A stretch of 64,000 nucleotides of DNA. Origin: Candidatus Gottesmanbacteria bacterium. GTDB taxonomy: Bacteria; Patescibacteriota; Microgenomatia; 2-02-FULL-39-11. Both the position numbers and the translations under genes were made by a program. The stretch covers positions 218,593 to 282,592 of the forward strand of contig JACPKY010000002.1 in NCBI GenBank assembly GCA_016186795.1, in the 5' to 3' direction. Each line of letters opens with the position of its first letter. The stretch's first letter is position 1. Shown in pieces: positions 1 to 10,208 of the stretch. The notes beneath the pieces were generated by a model. The model saw nothing but the letters and a program-made list of their open reading frames with translations, searched no databases and was not told the origin of the DNA.

Positions 1-896
1 ATCCCTCCAGATTTTTCTACAGTCTCCGGCACAATTTTTCCGCAGACTGCATTGTAGAGAACTGACGCAGGACCCTTTTTTAACAGGAAAAACTTTGCCA
101 GAAGCGCAGTTGTAGTTGTTCCGGATAAAACTGTTCCGTTTTCATCAAGCACAAACAGTCTATCAGCATCACCATCGATGGCAAATCCGACATCCGCGTG
201 TGTATTGCGTATACTTTTTTGTATATCAATGAGGTTTTTTTCATTCAATGGATCTGGAAGATGATGAGGAAAACGCCCATCGGGTTCAAAATAGAGTTTA
301 TGAATTTTGATCGGGAGATATTTTTCCAGAAGGTTCCAAGAGACTCCTCCCATGCCGTTTCCGGCATCAATTACAACACGAAGTGGCCGAATTTTTTCCT
401 TATTTACAAATGAAAGGGCATGACGTATCCATTCTTTTTCAATTGCAAAATCTGACATAGTCCCCTTTTTGGAAGCACGAGGAAAATTGCCATTAGTCGC
501 AATATCTCGAATTTCCGGAAGTCCTCTTTGTCCGTGAAGTGGAACTGCACCGCTGGTTACAATTTTTATTCCGTTATATTGAGCTGGATTATGCGAGGCA
601 GAAATAATGATATTTGCATCGAACTGGAATTTACCTGAAGCAAAATTATGCATCTCGGTGGATATTCGACCAAGATTTACCACGTCAACTCCCTGGTCCA
701 TAATACCTTTGGTGAGACTATCAAAAAGAGAAGGTGAGGATAAACGCATATCGAAGCCTACTGCAATGCGGGAAACGTGTAAAAAAACGCATACAGACCT
801 CCCAATCGTATAGTAGGTATCCTCATTGATATCGTCCGGATACACCCCACGGATATCATAATCACGGAAAATTTTGGGATTAATGGGAGATGCCAT
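1..896 (-). CDS. Phosphomannomutase/phosphoglucomutase (alpha-D-phosphohexomutase family); the C-terminus runs off the window edge
   Basis: Not in the ORF track because it has no stop within the window. Reverse translation from ATG at 896 gives MASPINPKIFRDYDIRGVYPDDI... It carries the phosphoserine loop SASHNPAQYNGIKI and the metal-binding loop AIDGDADRLFVLDENG, both typical of PMM/PGM. Confidence 0.75.
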   Translation of the reverse strand, partial: MASPINPKIFRDYDIRGVYPDDINEDTYYTIGRSVCVFLHVSRIAVGFDMRLSSPSLFDSLTKGIMDQGVDVVNLGRISTEMHNFASGKFQFDANIIISASHNPAQYNGIKIVTSGAVPLHGQRGLPEIRDIATNGNFPRASKKGTMSDFAIEKEWIRHALSFVNKEKIRPLRVVIDAGNGMGGVSWNLLEKYLPIKIHKLYFEPDGRFPHHLPDPLNEKNLIDIQKSIRNTHADVGFAIDGDADRLFVLDENGTVLSGTTTTALLAKFFLLKKGPASVLYNAVCGKIVPETVEKSGG

Positions 897-931
897 CTGT
901 ATGAAAAAATATGACAGGAATACATTTCATA

Positions 932-1621
932 CTAAAGATTAACAAGAAAAATGTCAAGTAGCTGGGAGGTTGTGAACGGAGTCTGACCGGATTTAACGCT
1001 TGCATCGATTGCAAGAAGTTGGCGGTACGATTTCTGAAGATCATCCAAAGAAAACTGGTGAGACTGATCCATAAATTTCCTTGCTTGCCATGGGGAAAGT
1101 GAATGCAATCCAGAAAGGCCTAAATCGCGAGCCAGAATAAGATATCGCCATTGCCTGATAAGCATGGCATAGACAAGTTCTGCATCACTTTGTGTCAAAA
1201 GCCTGTGAAAGGTTTGTAAAAGGTCATTTTGTCTAACTTTCCCGATACTATCCAAAAACGCAAAGAGGAGTTTCGGATAGGTATATCCGTACACTTTTGT
1301 GTGGGAAAAATATTTGTTGATAGTTGCCTTTGACACTTCGGATTTCTCCCAGAAAATAATAGTGCGAGTCTCTCCCACTGATAGAAGAATATTGATACAT
1401 TCTTCCTTTGATTTCGATTTTGGAAGGTTCGTGAGATTTTCAATAATGATTGTTTGAGGAAGGGAAAAAAGAGATTGGGAGAAAGTCTCCTCAGTAAGAT
1501 CCTTCGCAGTTACCTTCGAACCTTCAAAAGTTTTGATATCATCGCTCTTTCTTGCGTTTTTCTCCTCTATAAGTTTATTTCGAGACGAAACATGGTCGTC
1601 TCCATGGATAAGAATAATCAT
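932..1621 (-). CDS. DNA polymerase III delta subunit-like protein (short, 229 aa), tentative
   Basis: The N-terminus MIILIHGDDHVSSRNKLIEEK resembles the HolA N-terminal 'llyGed..l' motif. The C-terminal helical region (LLAIDASVKSG) resembles HolA domain III. It is shorter than the canonical ~340 aa, so the call is by weak motif resemblance only. Confidence 0.35.
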   Translation of the reverse strand: MIILIHGDDHVSSRNKLIEEKNARKSDDIKTFEGSKVTAKDLTEETFSQSLFSLPQTIIIENLTNLPKSKSKEECINILLSVGETRTIIFWEKSEVSKATINKYFSHTKVYGYTYPKLLFAFLDSIGKVRQNDLLQTFHRLLTQSDAELVYAMLIRQWRYLILARDLGLSGLHSLSPWQARKFMDQSHQFSLDDLQKSYRQLLAIDASVKSGQTPFTTSQLLDIFLVNL

Positions 1622-2010
1622 AGGAAATTCTTGTAAAGCTGAAATAATTTTTCCACATTTCTTCGATCGATATGTTGTCCCCGACCGCGATGTGGCAGTA
1701 GGCTTCCAGAAAAATTCTTGGGAATATGCAAAAGTTCATGAATAAGTACTCGTGTTTTATCATCATTGGATAAGTGGTCAAAATACTGGGATAAAACTTC
1801 TATGACATAGTGCGGTGGGATTTTAAGAGCTAATTGCCATACTTTGGGAAAACTCCAAATTCTTGCACGCGCACGTGATGAGGAACCGTGACTTCTAAAA
1901 CAAACGATCCGTTTATGATCGATGTAATGAAGATCCAATCTCGTAACGATGAGACGAATACTTCTCGCGACGTCTGTTGCTTCTAGCCATTCCATATCAG
2001 TATTATACAA
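1618..2010 (-). CDS. Putative zinc metallopeptidase-like protein with an HExxH motif (SprT/DUF45-like), family uncertain
   Basis: 130-aa ORF with the HELLH motif in 'TRVLIHELLHIPKNF'. It overlaps the HolA-like gene by 4 nt. No further family-defining motifs were recognised. Confidence 0.35.
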   Translation of the reverse strand: MYNTDMEWLEATDVARSIRLIVTRLDLHYIDHKRIVCFRSHGSSSRARARIWSFPKVWQLALKIPPHYVIEVLSQYFDHLSNDDKTRVLIHELLHIPKNFSGSLLPHRGRGQHIDRRNVEKLFQLYKNFL

Positions 2011-2079
2011 TGTTGCTTCGTCTAGTATTGTATTCCACTTAGAGATTGCATATAATCGCTCCCCCTGCCCTCGTTTTCT

Positions 2080-3552
2080 ATGAAATCTGTCGCAAAAATT
2101 CTCGCGAGGGTAAAACGGGCCCTAAATAAGACGAAGAAAACAGTTTCTGCGCGGAAGAAAAGAATTGTCGCCTATATTGATAAAAAGCCATACAAAAGCT
2201 TTTTTATCGCCCTTGGTCTTCTTCTTATTCTCATCGTTCTCAGTAACATACTCGGGGTTCCAAAGGTTGATGATAAAAAAGGAGAATTACCTCCAAAGCA
2301 GGTAGAAATTTATGCAGTAGGAACAGCCCCGAAACTTACAGTGCAAGCACAAATTGAGAAATCAGGAGTGGTCCATATAACCTCACTTACTTCTGGAGTA
2401 GTGCAATCAATAGGAAAAGGGGCTGGACAAAAGTTTTCGAAAGGTCAAATACTTGTACGGCTTTCAACAAATTATCAAGGTGGAAACGCATCATCACTTG
2501 CCCGTCAAATGGCCCAGATACAATATCAGAATGTTGTCGATACATATGACGTGAATAAAGAAATAATTAAAAAACAGAAGGAACTCGCAGAAAAAGGAGA
2601 TGCTCAAGCTGACGACCTAAGAACTATTACTGATAAGTCAATATCTGAAACACAATCTCTTATTAATCTTAATAGTGATATTCTTACAACCCTTGATAAA
2701 AATTTAAGTAATTTAGAAGCTACCAACGTTTCCGGAAGTAATGATGGGCTCATTCTTTCTACAAAGCAACTGAAATCTCAATTTTTAGCTGCCAATAATA
2801 GTGCCAGACAGGCACTGCGGATGAGTGAGTTTAACTCCTCGGCAGATAACCCCCCAGCACAGATTTCTGACGTGCAAAAAGAGATAAGTTTGAAGCAGCT
2901 CGGTCTCCAAGAGAAAATGCTTGATCTAAGTCGAGAAGTAAGTAAGATCCAACTTCAGATAGCACGGGTTAGTGAGGGCATGATGTTCCCGACTGCTCCA
3001 TTTAATGGTACGGTTCAGAAGGTGTTCGTCAAAGTCGGTCAGCAAGTAAACCCCGGAACAGAACTTATGGTTCTTTCCCAAACGAAAGATAAAGATCCGG
3101 CCGTTGCAACAGCGTATGTTTCTTCTGATATCGCCAAAAAAGTTTCCAAACTTGAACCAAGTAAACTCCACATAAATAGCACAGCAAGTATTGATAGCTT
3201 TCCATCGTTTGTGACCCAAGATGCCATATCAGGTTCACTTTACGGCGTCTATTTCACTATCCCAGATGAGTACGTATCTGAAGTTGTTGAGAGAGGGTTT
3301 ATACAGGTTGATCTGCCAATTGGATATATTGATACCGGAGCCTCCGTACCATTTATTCCAATTGATGCAATCTATCAAACAAAAGATCAAAATTATGTCT
3401 TTGTGGCAGTTGATGGAAAAGCGGGAGCAAAATCAATTGAGTTGGGACACGTATTTGGAAGTTTTGTTGAAATTCTAAGTGGACTTGAAAATGGCGATAA
3501 AGTCATTACCAACCGCAATGTTATAGCGGGCGATAGTGTCGTTACCAAGTAA
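2080..3552 (+). CDS. Efflux transporter periplasmic adaptor (HlyD/membrane-fusion protein family)
   Basis: N-terminal TM anchor (FFIALGLLLILIVLSNILG), long coiled-coil segments and a lipoyl-like barrel motif GTVQKVFVKVGQQVNPGTELMVL. It overlaps the downstream RND gene by 17 nt. Confidence 0.6.
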   Translation: MKSVAKILARVKRALNKTKKTVSARKKRIVAYIDKKPYKSFFIALGLLLILIVLSNILGVPKVDDKKGELPPKQVEIYAVGTAPKLTVQAQIEKSGVVHITSLTSGVVQSIGKGAGQKFSKGQILVRLSTNYQGGNASSLARQMAQIQYQNVVDTYDVNKEIIKKQKELAEKGDAQADDLRTITDKSISETQSLINLNSDILTTLDKNLSNLEATNVSGSNDGLILSTKQLKSQFLAANNSARQALRMSEFNSSADNPPAQISDVQKEISLKQLGLQEKMLDLSREVSKIQLQIARVSEGMMFPTAPFNGTVQKVFVKVGQQVNPGTELMVLSQTKDKDPAVATAYVSSDIAKKVSKLEPSKLHINSTASIDSFPSFVTQDAISGSLYGVYFTIPDEYVSEVVERGFIQVDLPIGYIDTGASVPFIPIDAIYQTKDQNYVFVAVDGKAGAKSIELGHVFGSFVEILSGLENGDKVITNRNVIAGDSVVTK

Positions 3553-6500
3553 CATGCCAAGAAGGAAACGCTCGTCGTACTTGCAAACATTAAAGTTTGA
3601 CCCAAAACTCCTCCAAAGCGTACAGGCGCGGTATTTGTCAAATGTCCGTTTCCCAATCCTTCTTATCCTTTTAACTGTCATTATAGGAATCTTTGCGTTT
3701 ATACAGATTCCGAGGCGTCTCTACCCAGAAATCAAAATCCCAATTGTTATCGTCAATACCGTTATTTCCGGAGCAGGACCTTACGATGTTGAACAACTTG
3801 TCACTATACCCTTAGAGCGGCAACTCGCTGGAGTTGATGGGCTTGATACGATGACATCTACTTCCCGAGAGAGTGTATCGACGATTGCCCTGCAGTTTCT
3901 ATCAAATGTAAACGCGCGACAAGCAACCAACGATGTCCATACACTGGTTGACCGCGTTACCAATTTGCCGGAAGATGCTTTCACTCCGGATGTTAACTCT
4001 GTAGATTTTGAGGATCAACCATTTTGGACATTTGCAATTTCTGGGACTACAGATGGCGCTTCACTCATGCGGTTTGCAAATAATCTAGAGGATCAAATAG
4101 AAGATATATCTGCAGTTGACCGAGTACAAACATCTGGCCTTGATGATCAAACAATCGATGTCGTCCTCAATGTAACTGCCGCAAACGAGTATAACATTAG
4201 CCCGATTATTCTTTCGCAACTTATTAAAAATGCGGCAAAATCTTTTCCAGCAGGAATTGTTTATTCTTCTGCCTCCTCATTCTCACTTACCATCAATCGC
4301 GAAATTACAACAATTGATGACATACGAAATCTGCGAATAACCACTTCTGATGCCAATATTCGCTTAGGCGATATTGCCAACGTTTCCGAGCGGTCAAAAA
4401 GCGGTCAACAAAATACATATATAGCATCGCAAAACCAGACTCCCAAACAGGCGATCCAGTTTTTTGTGTTCAAAAAGGCTACAGTCAATATCGATCAGGC
4501 GTTTAAGGTAACCGAGCCCATTATCAAATCGGCAGTTGCAAAGTATGACGGCCAATTTACTCTGTATAGTATTCAAAATACGTCAGAGCTCATCGATGAA
4601 CAGTTTGGAGATCTCAATCGTGAGTTTCTCACTACCAGCATACTTGTATTTTTACTCCTTCTTCTTTTCCTTGGAATTCGCCAAGGAATTATAAGTAACG
4701 TTACCGTCCCTCTCACATTTTTGGCCACTTTTGCAGTGATCTATACAATGGGTCTCAGCCTTAATTTTTTAACGGTCTTTTCCTTTCTTTTAACCCTTGG
4801 GATATTAATTGATGACACAATTGTTGTTGTTGCTGCGATGACCAGGTATTACAAAACAGGGAGATTTACTCCTTACCAAACAGGTATTATGGTATGGAAG
4901 GATTTTATTGTCCCTCTTTGGTCATCTGCAATCACAACGATATGGGGTTTTGTTCCACTTCTTCTCTCAACGGGAATTATTGGTGAATTTATTAAGTCAA
5001 TTCCAATTGTTGTCACAACGGCAATGCTTTCATCAACGATTATCTCGGTTCTTATTACCATTCCTCTCATGATCGTATTTCTGAAGCCTCAATTTCCTCG
5101 CCGAGTAAAAATATTATTTGCTGTGTTGGGGATTATCTCATTTTTGGGATTTTTCCTATTCACCCTTCCCAAAAATATCGTTCTTCCTCTCGTTATTCTT
5201 TCTAGTTTCGTCTTTTTGTTTGTCTCGTACCGAGTGAGAAACCCGCTTCTATCATTTACCCGTCGCTCTATTCGCACGAATAAAAGGATACATAGATTAC
5301 TTATTAATCTTCGATTTATCGCAGAGCACGGACTTATCAATATCGAGCGGTTAAGTAGCCAATATAGAATTGTCATTGAAAAAGTATTACGGTCATCAAG
5401 AGCTCGGCGACAGACTATCATTGCAATCGCCTGTTTTACGATCTTTGCGTATTTATTACTCCCGTTGGGTCTTGTGAAAAACGAGTTTTTCCCCAAAGAG
5501 GACGCCGAACTTCTCTATGCTGCGGTAGATCTGCCTTCCGGAATGAAAAATGATGCTGTAACAGAAGAAACAATAAATATTGCCAATAAACTTCGAGATA
5601 CTGCCGAACTTGATTATATGGTAGCTGAAGTTGGCCAAGTTTTTGAACAAACAGGAGACAGAAGGACAGATCCGGATGCAATATTATTTACCCTGCATCT
5701 GACAAGGACGGAAAAACGTGACCCAACATCTTCTGATATTGCTCAAAAAATCCGTGAACAATTTAAGGAGTATTCGAACGGTACATTTTCCGTGGTGGAG
5801 CTCACGGGCGGCCCTCCAGCTGGAGCTGATATTCAGATTCAGCTTCTCGGCGAGGATCTTGGAGTCCTTAACCAATTTGCCGATAAAATTATTGAGTATC
5901 TGAAAAATCAAGCGGGAATTGTCAACGTTGATAAATCGATAAAGCCAGGAACGAGTAAAGTTGTATTCGTTCCCGACAAGACGAAACTTGCAGATTTTCA
6001 GGTCTCAACTGATCAAATTGCACTTTGGCTTCGTACATATGCAAGCGGATTTACCCTTGATAGTGTCCTTTTTGGTTCGGAGGAGGAGGATATAACGTTT
6101 CGCATAAATTCTTATGACAATAAGCCTCTGGATGAGGTGAGTACGCTTGCGATCCCATTACCTGCTCCACCTGGGGCAACAATCCCCCTTTCGGCTCTTG
6201 GAACATTCAGATTGGAGACAAATCCAACCATTATTACTCGGGAAAATCAGAAGAGGTCTATTTCTATATTTGGAGGGGTAACGGGTGGAGCAAATATTCC
6301 GGAAAAAAATGCAGCTCTCCTTGCATTTGCAGACTCTTTGGAACTTCCGCAAGGGTACGAATGGAAGACAGGTGGCGTCAATGAAGAAAATCAAAAATCC
6401 GTGCAGTCCATACTGTACTCCATGGCTCTTGCATTCCTTCTTATTTTAATTACCATGGTAATTGAGTTTGGTTCTTTCCGGCAGGCATTTATTGCGATGC

Positions 6501-6922
6501 TCATGATTCCAATCTCAGTTGCTGGAGTCTTTTATATTTTTGCACTTCTTCGAGTTCCCTTATCGTTTGCCGCACTCATTGGGGTTTTGGCACTCTTTGG
6601 AATAGTAATGCGGCATGCAATAGTTGTGATGGAAAAAATAAACGATAACCGCAAGCATGGATTATCTCTTCATGATGCCATTGCCGATGCCGCATCAAGT
6701 CGACTTGAGCCAGTACTTCTTACCTCTCTTGCAACAATTGTTGGTCTTCTACCAATTACCATTTCCGATCCGTTCTGGAGAGGACTTGGAGGTACAATTA
6801 TTGCAGGACTACTTTTCACCGGTGCTCTGAAGCTTTTTATTATTCCAGTTCTCTACTATAACTTCTATAAAGACGAGGAAATTAGACACCACAAAAGACC
6901 TAAAAATAGCCTATCCGCATGA
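3536..6922 (+). CDS. RND-family efflux transporter permease (AcrB/MMPL-like, 1128 aa)
   Basis: Two blocks of ~6 TM helices are separated by large soluble loops, in a pseudo-duplicated architecture (TM clusters around aa 350-520 and aa 880-1080). It is paired with the MFP gene immediately upstream. Confidence 0.7.
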   Translation: MSLPSNMPRRKRSSYLQTLKFDPKLLQSVQARYLSNVRFPILLILLTVIIGIFAFIQIPRRLYPEIKIPIVIVNTVISGAGPYDVEQLVTIPLERQLAGVDGLDTMTSTSRESVSTIALQFLSNVNARQATNDVHTLVDRVTNLPEDAFTPDVNSVDFEDQPFWTFAISGTTDGASLMRFANNLEDQIEDISAVDRVQTSGLDDQTIDVVLNVTAANEYNISPIILSQLIKNAAKSFPAGIVYSSASSFSLTINREITTIDDIRNLRITTSDANIRLGDIANVSERSKSGQQNTYIASQNQTPKQAIQFFVFKKATVNIDQAFKVTEPIIKSAVAKYDGQFTLYSIQNTSELIDEQFGDLNREFLTTSILVFLLLLLFLGIRQGIISNVTVPLTFLATFAVIYTMGLSLNFLTVFSFLLTLGILIDDTIVVVAAMTRYYKTGRFTPYQTGIMVWKDFIVPLWSSAITTIWGFVPLLLSTGIIGEFIKSIPIVVTTAMLSSTIISVLITIPLMIVFLKPQFPRRVKILFAVLGIISFLGFFLFTLPKNIVLPLVILSSFVFLFVSYRVRNPLLSFTRRSIRTNKRIHRLLINLRFIAEHGLINIERLSSQYRIVIEKVLRSSRARRQTIIAIACFTIFAYLLLPLGLVKNEFFPKEDAELLYAAVDLPSGMKNDAVTEETINIANKLRDTAELDYMVAEVGQVFEQTGDRRTDPDAILFTLHLTRTEKRDPTSSDIAQKIREQFKEYSNGTFSVVELTGGPPAGADIQIQLLGEDLGVLNQFADKIIEYLKNQAGIVNVDKSIKPGTSKVVFVPDKTKLADFQVSTDQIALWLRTYASGFTLDSVLFGSEEEDITFRINSYDNKPLDEVSTLAIPLPAPPGATIPLSALGTFRLETNPTIITRENQKRSISIFGGVTGGANIPEKNAALLAFADSLELPQGYEWKTGGVNEENQKSVQSILYSMALAFLLILITMVIEFGSFRQAFIAMLMIPISVAGVFYIFALLRVPLSFAALIGVLALFGIVMRHAIVVMEKINDNRKHGLSLHDAIADAASSRLEPVLLTSLATIVGLLPITISDPFWRGLGGTIIAGLLFTGALKLFIIPVLYYNFYKDEEIRHHKRPKNSLSA

Positions 6923-7097
6923 TACAATATTTAACATGATTCTATCAGTAGGCACAAACAACGAAAAAACCAATATTTAGAGTTTCACTTCAGCTTCAAG
7001 CCTCCCAATCCCAGAAAAGAAAGAATAATTGTCCAAAGAGACGCGCTAGGCAGAATAATCCACTCCAAACCGCCAGCCTTTTTGGTAAAATGATAAT

Positions 7098-7817
7098 ATG
7101 AGCATATTATTCTTTCTTTCCGCTTTCGTCGCAGAGATTATAGGAACAATAGCTGGATTTGGTTCTTCAACTGTTTTTCTCCCTCTGGCACTTTTATTCT
7201 TTGATTTTAAAACAGCACTGGTGCTTGTTGCCTTGTTTCATATTTTCGGCAATATCAGCAGGATTAGTTTTTTCAAACATGGATTTGATAGACATATCCT
7301 AATAATTTTTGGTATTCCAAGTGTCGTGTTAACACTCATTGGAGCTCTGCTTGTTACCTATCTTCCTCAAGAGATGTTAAAGGGTATTTTAGGAGTGTTT
7401 TTAATTATCTATTCCATAATCTCTTTTTGGAAAGAAGACTTAAAAGTAAGACCATCACTTTTTAATTCCGTCATTGGAGGTGGGTTATCAGGTTTCCTGG
7501 CTGGACTTATTGGGACAGGTGGAGCTTTGAGAGGAGCATTCCTAACGGCGTTTGGATTACCTAAGGAAAAATATATTGCTACCGCAGCAGCAATAGCTTT
7601 AGCAGTAGACTTTACTCGAATACCAGTTTATTTTGCTGAAGGATTTTTAACGAGACAGTATTACTGGTATATCCCTGTTTTACTTATCGTAGCTCTTGCA
7701 GGTTCGTTTACCGGGAAGCAAATTGTTAAACAGGTACCACAAAAAATATTTCGAAAAGTAGTTCTTTCCGCCATTCTGATAATGGGCTTAAAGTTTGTTT
7801 ATGATTTGTTAGTTTAA
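7098..7817 (+). CDS. TauE/SafE (DUF81) family anion exporter membrane protein
   Basis: 239 aa with ~8 TM helices. The N-terminal IIGTIAGFGSSTVFLPLAL and an internal repeat GFLAGLIGTGGALRGAFL are typical of the 4TM+4TM TauE/SafE duplication. Confidence 0.65.
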   Translation: MSILFFLSAFVAEIIGTIAGFGSSTVFLPLALLFFDFKTALVLVALFHIFGNISRISFFKHGFDRHILIIFGIPSVVLTLIGALLVTYLPQEMLKGILGVFLIIYSIISFWKEDLKVRPSLFNSVIGGGLSGFLAGLIGTGGALRGAFLTAFGLPKEKYIATAAAIALAVDFTRIPVYFAEGFLTRQYYWYIPVLLIVALAGSFTGKQIVKQVPQKIFRKVVLSAILIMGLKFVYDLLV

Positions 7818-7839
7818 CTCCTGCTATAATCTGCTAAAT

Positions 7840-8937
7840 ATGGGGTTTTCACTTAAAGTTGGGATAGTCGGGTTACCAAATGTTGGTAAATCCACGCTTT
7901 TTAATGCCCTCTTGAAAAGGCAGGTGGCAAATGTGGCCAATTATCCGTTTTGCACCATTGAACCGAATGTGGGGGTTATAGAAGTCCCAGACAAACGGCT
8001 CCCTGTACTTGCCAAAATTGTAAATACGCAAACTATTGTTCCTGCAGCAATTGAGTTTTACGATATTGCCGGACTTGTAAAAGGTGCCTCAACTGGTGAA
8101 GGACTGGGGAATAAATTCCTATCTTATATCCGTGAAGTTTCGGTGATTGTCCACGTTGTCCGACTTTTTGAAGATAGCAATATAATTCATGTTGCTAATA
8201 CTATCAATCCAGAGTCGGATATTGAGGTTATTGAGTCAGAACTTATCTTAGCTGACTTGGGAACACTTTCGAAACAAGCGGAAATCAGAATGAATGCTAC
8301 AAAAGAAGAGAAGGCAACTCGTGCCGCCATCGACTTTCTCATTCCTCTTTTAAACAAAGGAACACCCGTAAGACGTGTCGGACTTACCGAAGATCAGAAA
8401 CAATCAATAAAGCATCTCAACCTTTTAACCTCCAAACCGGTGATTATTGCCTTTAATGTTTCAGAAAAACAACTGGAAGAAAAAGACCTTACAGAGAAAC
8501 GAGCTTCCGAATATCTCAGAAATGTGGGTGAATCGTCTCATTTCCTCCTTTTTTGTGCAAAATTAGAGACAGAGGTGTTAGCGCTTTCTCAAGAAGAACA
8601 AGTAGAGTATCTGAAGCAATATAATTTAACCGAAACCGGACTTGATAGACTCATTCGGACCGCCTACCATACTCTCTCACTCATTTCATTTCTTACTGCC
8701 GGAGAAAAAGAGGTACGAGCTTGGACGATTAAAAAAGGAACTCTCGCACCCCTTGCAGCTGGAGTCATCCATACTGACTTTGAAAAGAATTTTATCAAAG
8801 CAGATATTATTTCCTATGACATCTTTATTAACGTTGGCGGTTGGATAAATGCGCGTGAGCAAGGTGTTGTTCAGACAGTTGGTCGAGACTATGAGATGCG
8901 CGATGGCGATGTGGCTGAATTTAAGACAAGTGCTTAA
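7840..8937 (+). CDS. ychF: Ribosome-binding ATPase YchF (Obg-family GTPase)
   Basis: MGFSLKVGIVGLPNVGKSTLFNAL (P-loop), NYPFCTIEPNVGV, a TGS-type C-terminus and a length of 365 aa, as in YchF. Confidence 0.9.
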   Translation: MGFSLKVGIVGLPNVGKSTLFNALLKRQVANVANYPFCTIEPNVGVIEVPDKRLPVLAKIVNTQTIVPAAIEFYDIAGLVKGASTGEGLGNKFLSYIREVSVIVHVVRLFEDSNIIHVANTINPESDIEVIESELILADLGTLSKQAEIRMNATKEEKATRAAIDFLIPLLNKGTPVRRVGLTEDQKQSIKHLNLLTSKPVIIAFNVSEKQLEEKDLTEKRASEYLRNVGESSHFLLFCAKLETEVLALSQEEQVEYLKQYNLTETGLDRLIRTAYHTLSLISFLTAGEKEVRAWTIKKGTLAPLAAGVIHTDFEKNFIKADIISYDIFINVGGWINAREQGVVQTVGRDYEMRDGDVAEFKTSA

Positions 8938-10187
8938 AACCCCTTTCGAAGAATATGAAGAAGTTCTTCCTTCGGCTTTTTGTCCTCGTATCGTATAAGT
9001 GACTCCTTACCACTGTATGACCAGTATGTCCAGTGAACATTGTTTTGTCTAAAATACGAAAGAAGCTTTTGCAAATCGGACTTCCATGTTGGTGGTGCAT
9101 TCTCATCTCGACCATAATCAAAAGCATTAAATTCTCCCACAAAAAGCGGCACATTCCACGTTTTGGCGCGTGTTTGATACCGTTCTAATCGCTTTAATCC
9201 CTCTGGTTGCCATTTGCGGGTATACAGATGAAATGAGTACATGACGTTTGAAAAAGGTAAGGGTTCCTGTAGGGCAAAATCACCATTATCGTAGTCTTGG
9301 CTATCTTCTAAAATTAAGATAATATCAGGATTTACCTCCCGAATTGCGCTTCCGACCTTTTCGTAAAAGGCGTTCAGATGGAGTTCTTCAGGAGTGCATT
9401 TATTGAGTGCTGCCCAGGGTTCATTAATAATATCTGCCGCAATAACCTTCGGGTTTGTGGCATATCTGCCGGCAATAAATTTCCACACCTCAATAAAACC
9501 GTCTTGAACAACGACGGGTGAGTTTTCTGGGTTAATCCCGGCAAAGAATTGGCATCGGGCCGTTTGAAAATCAGAAATATCTGAATTTTGATATATCCAA
9601 GCTGGAAATCCGCTACCGCCACAGTGTTCACCCTCATCACTTGATATATCACGAAATGCTGATGACCAAAGATACTGATGCATATCAAGGACAACACCGA
9701 TATCTTTGTCGGTTAAATCCTTAACCAGATTGTCAACAAGGGTTAAATATGAAGTATCCCAGTGATGAGTAAGGATTCCGTTTTCCCATGTAGGAGGAGT
9801 TTGTTCTAAAGCGTCCCATGTCAGCGTTAATCGCACAGTATTAAATCCCCACTTTTTTACGTCATCCGTTTGGAGAGGGTAGGGGATTTTATTATCGCAG
9901 CCACCGGGAGCAGTGTAGTCAGTTGAAAGTTCATGGTAATTGATTCCTTGCAGACGAAAAGGTTGACCAGACGGATCAACAACCAGTCCGTTAACAATTT
10001 TCGGCCTTCCTTTCATAGGAGCTGCGGTTATATACGATTCGGTTGTAGTTGGCGTGATGGAAGCTTGGGATGTTTTTTCGGATGCAAAGGAGCGGATACT
10101 TACAACAGCGGTCGAAACAACAAGTATGAGGACGAAAAACGAAATAAACACTTCTGAAAGTTTGAATAAAACGTATCCTCTATCCAT
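8934..10187 (-). CDS. Glycoside hydrolase family 5 (cellulase/mannanase-like) with an N-terminal membrane anchor
   Basis: N-terminal TM helix (FFVLILVVSTAVVSI), then a Ser/Thr-rich linker (TSQASITPTTTESYITAAP), then the catalytic domain. The acid/base motif IINEPW and the nucleophile motif FVGEFN are the GH5 hallmarks. Confidence 0.75.
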   Translation of the reverse strand: MDRGYVLFKLSEVFISFFVLILVVSTAVVSIRSFASEKTSQASITPTTTESYITAAPMKGRPKIVNGLVVDPSGQPFRLQGINYHELSTDYTAPGGCDNKIPYPLQTDDVKKWGFNTVRLTLTWDALEQTPPTWENGILTHHWDTSYLTLVDNLVKDLTDKDIGVVLDMHQYLWSSAFRDISSDEGEHCGGSGFPAWIYQNSDISDFQTARCQFFAGINPENSPVVVQDGFIEVWKFIAGRYATNPKVIAADIINEPWAALNKCTPEELHLNAFYEKVGSAIREVNPDIILILEDSQDYDNGDFALQEPLPFSNVMYSFHLYTRKWQPEGLKRLERYQTRAKTWNVPLFVGEFNAFDYGRDENAPPTWKSDLQKLLSYFRQNNVHWTYWSYSGKESLIRYEDKKPKEELLHILRKGF

Positions 10188-10208
10188 GGTAGGCAGACGT
10201 GGCAGTGA

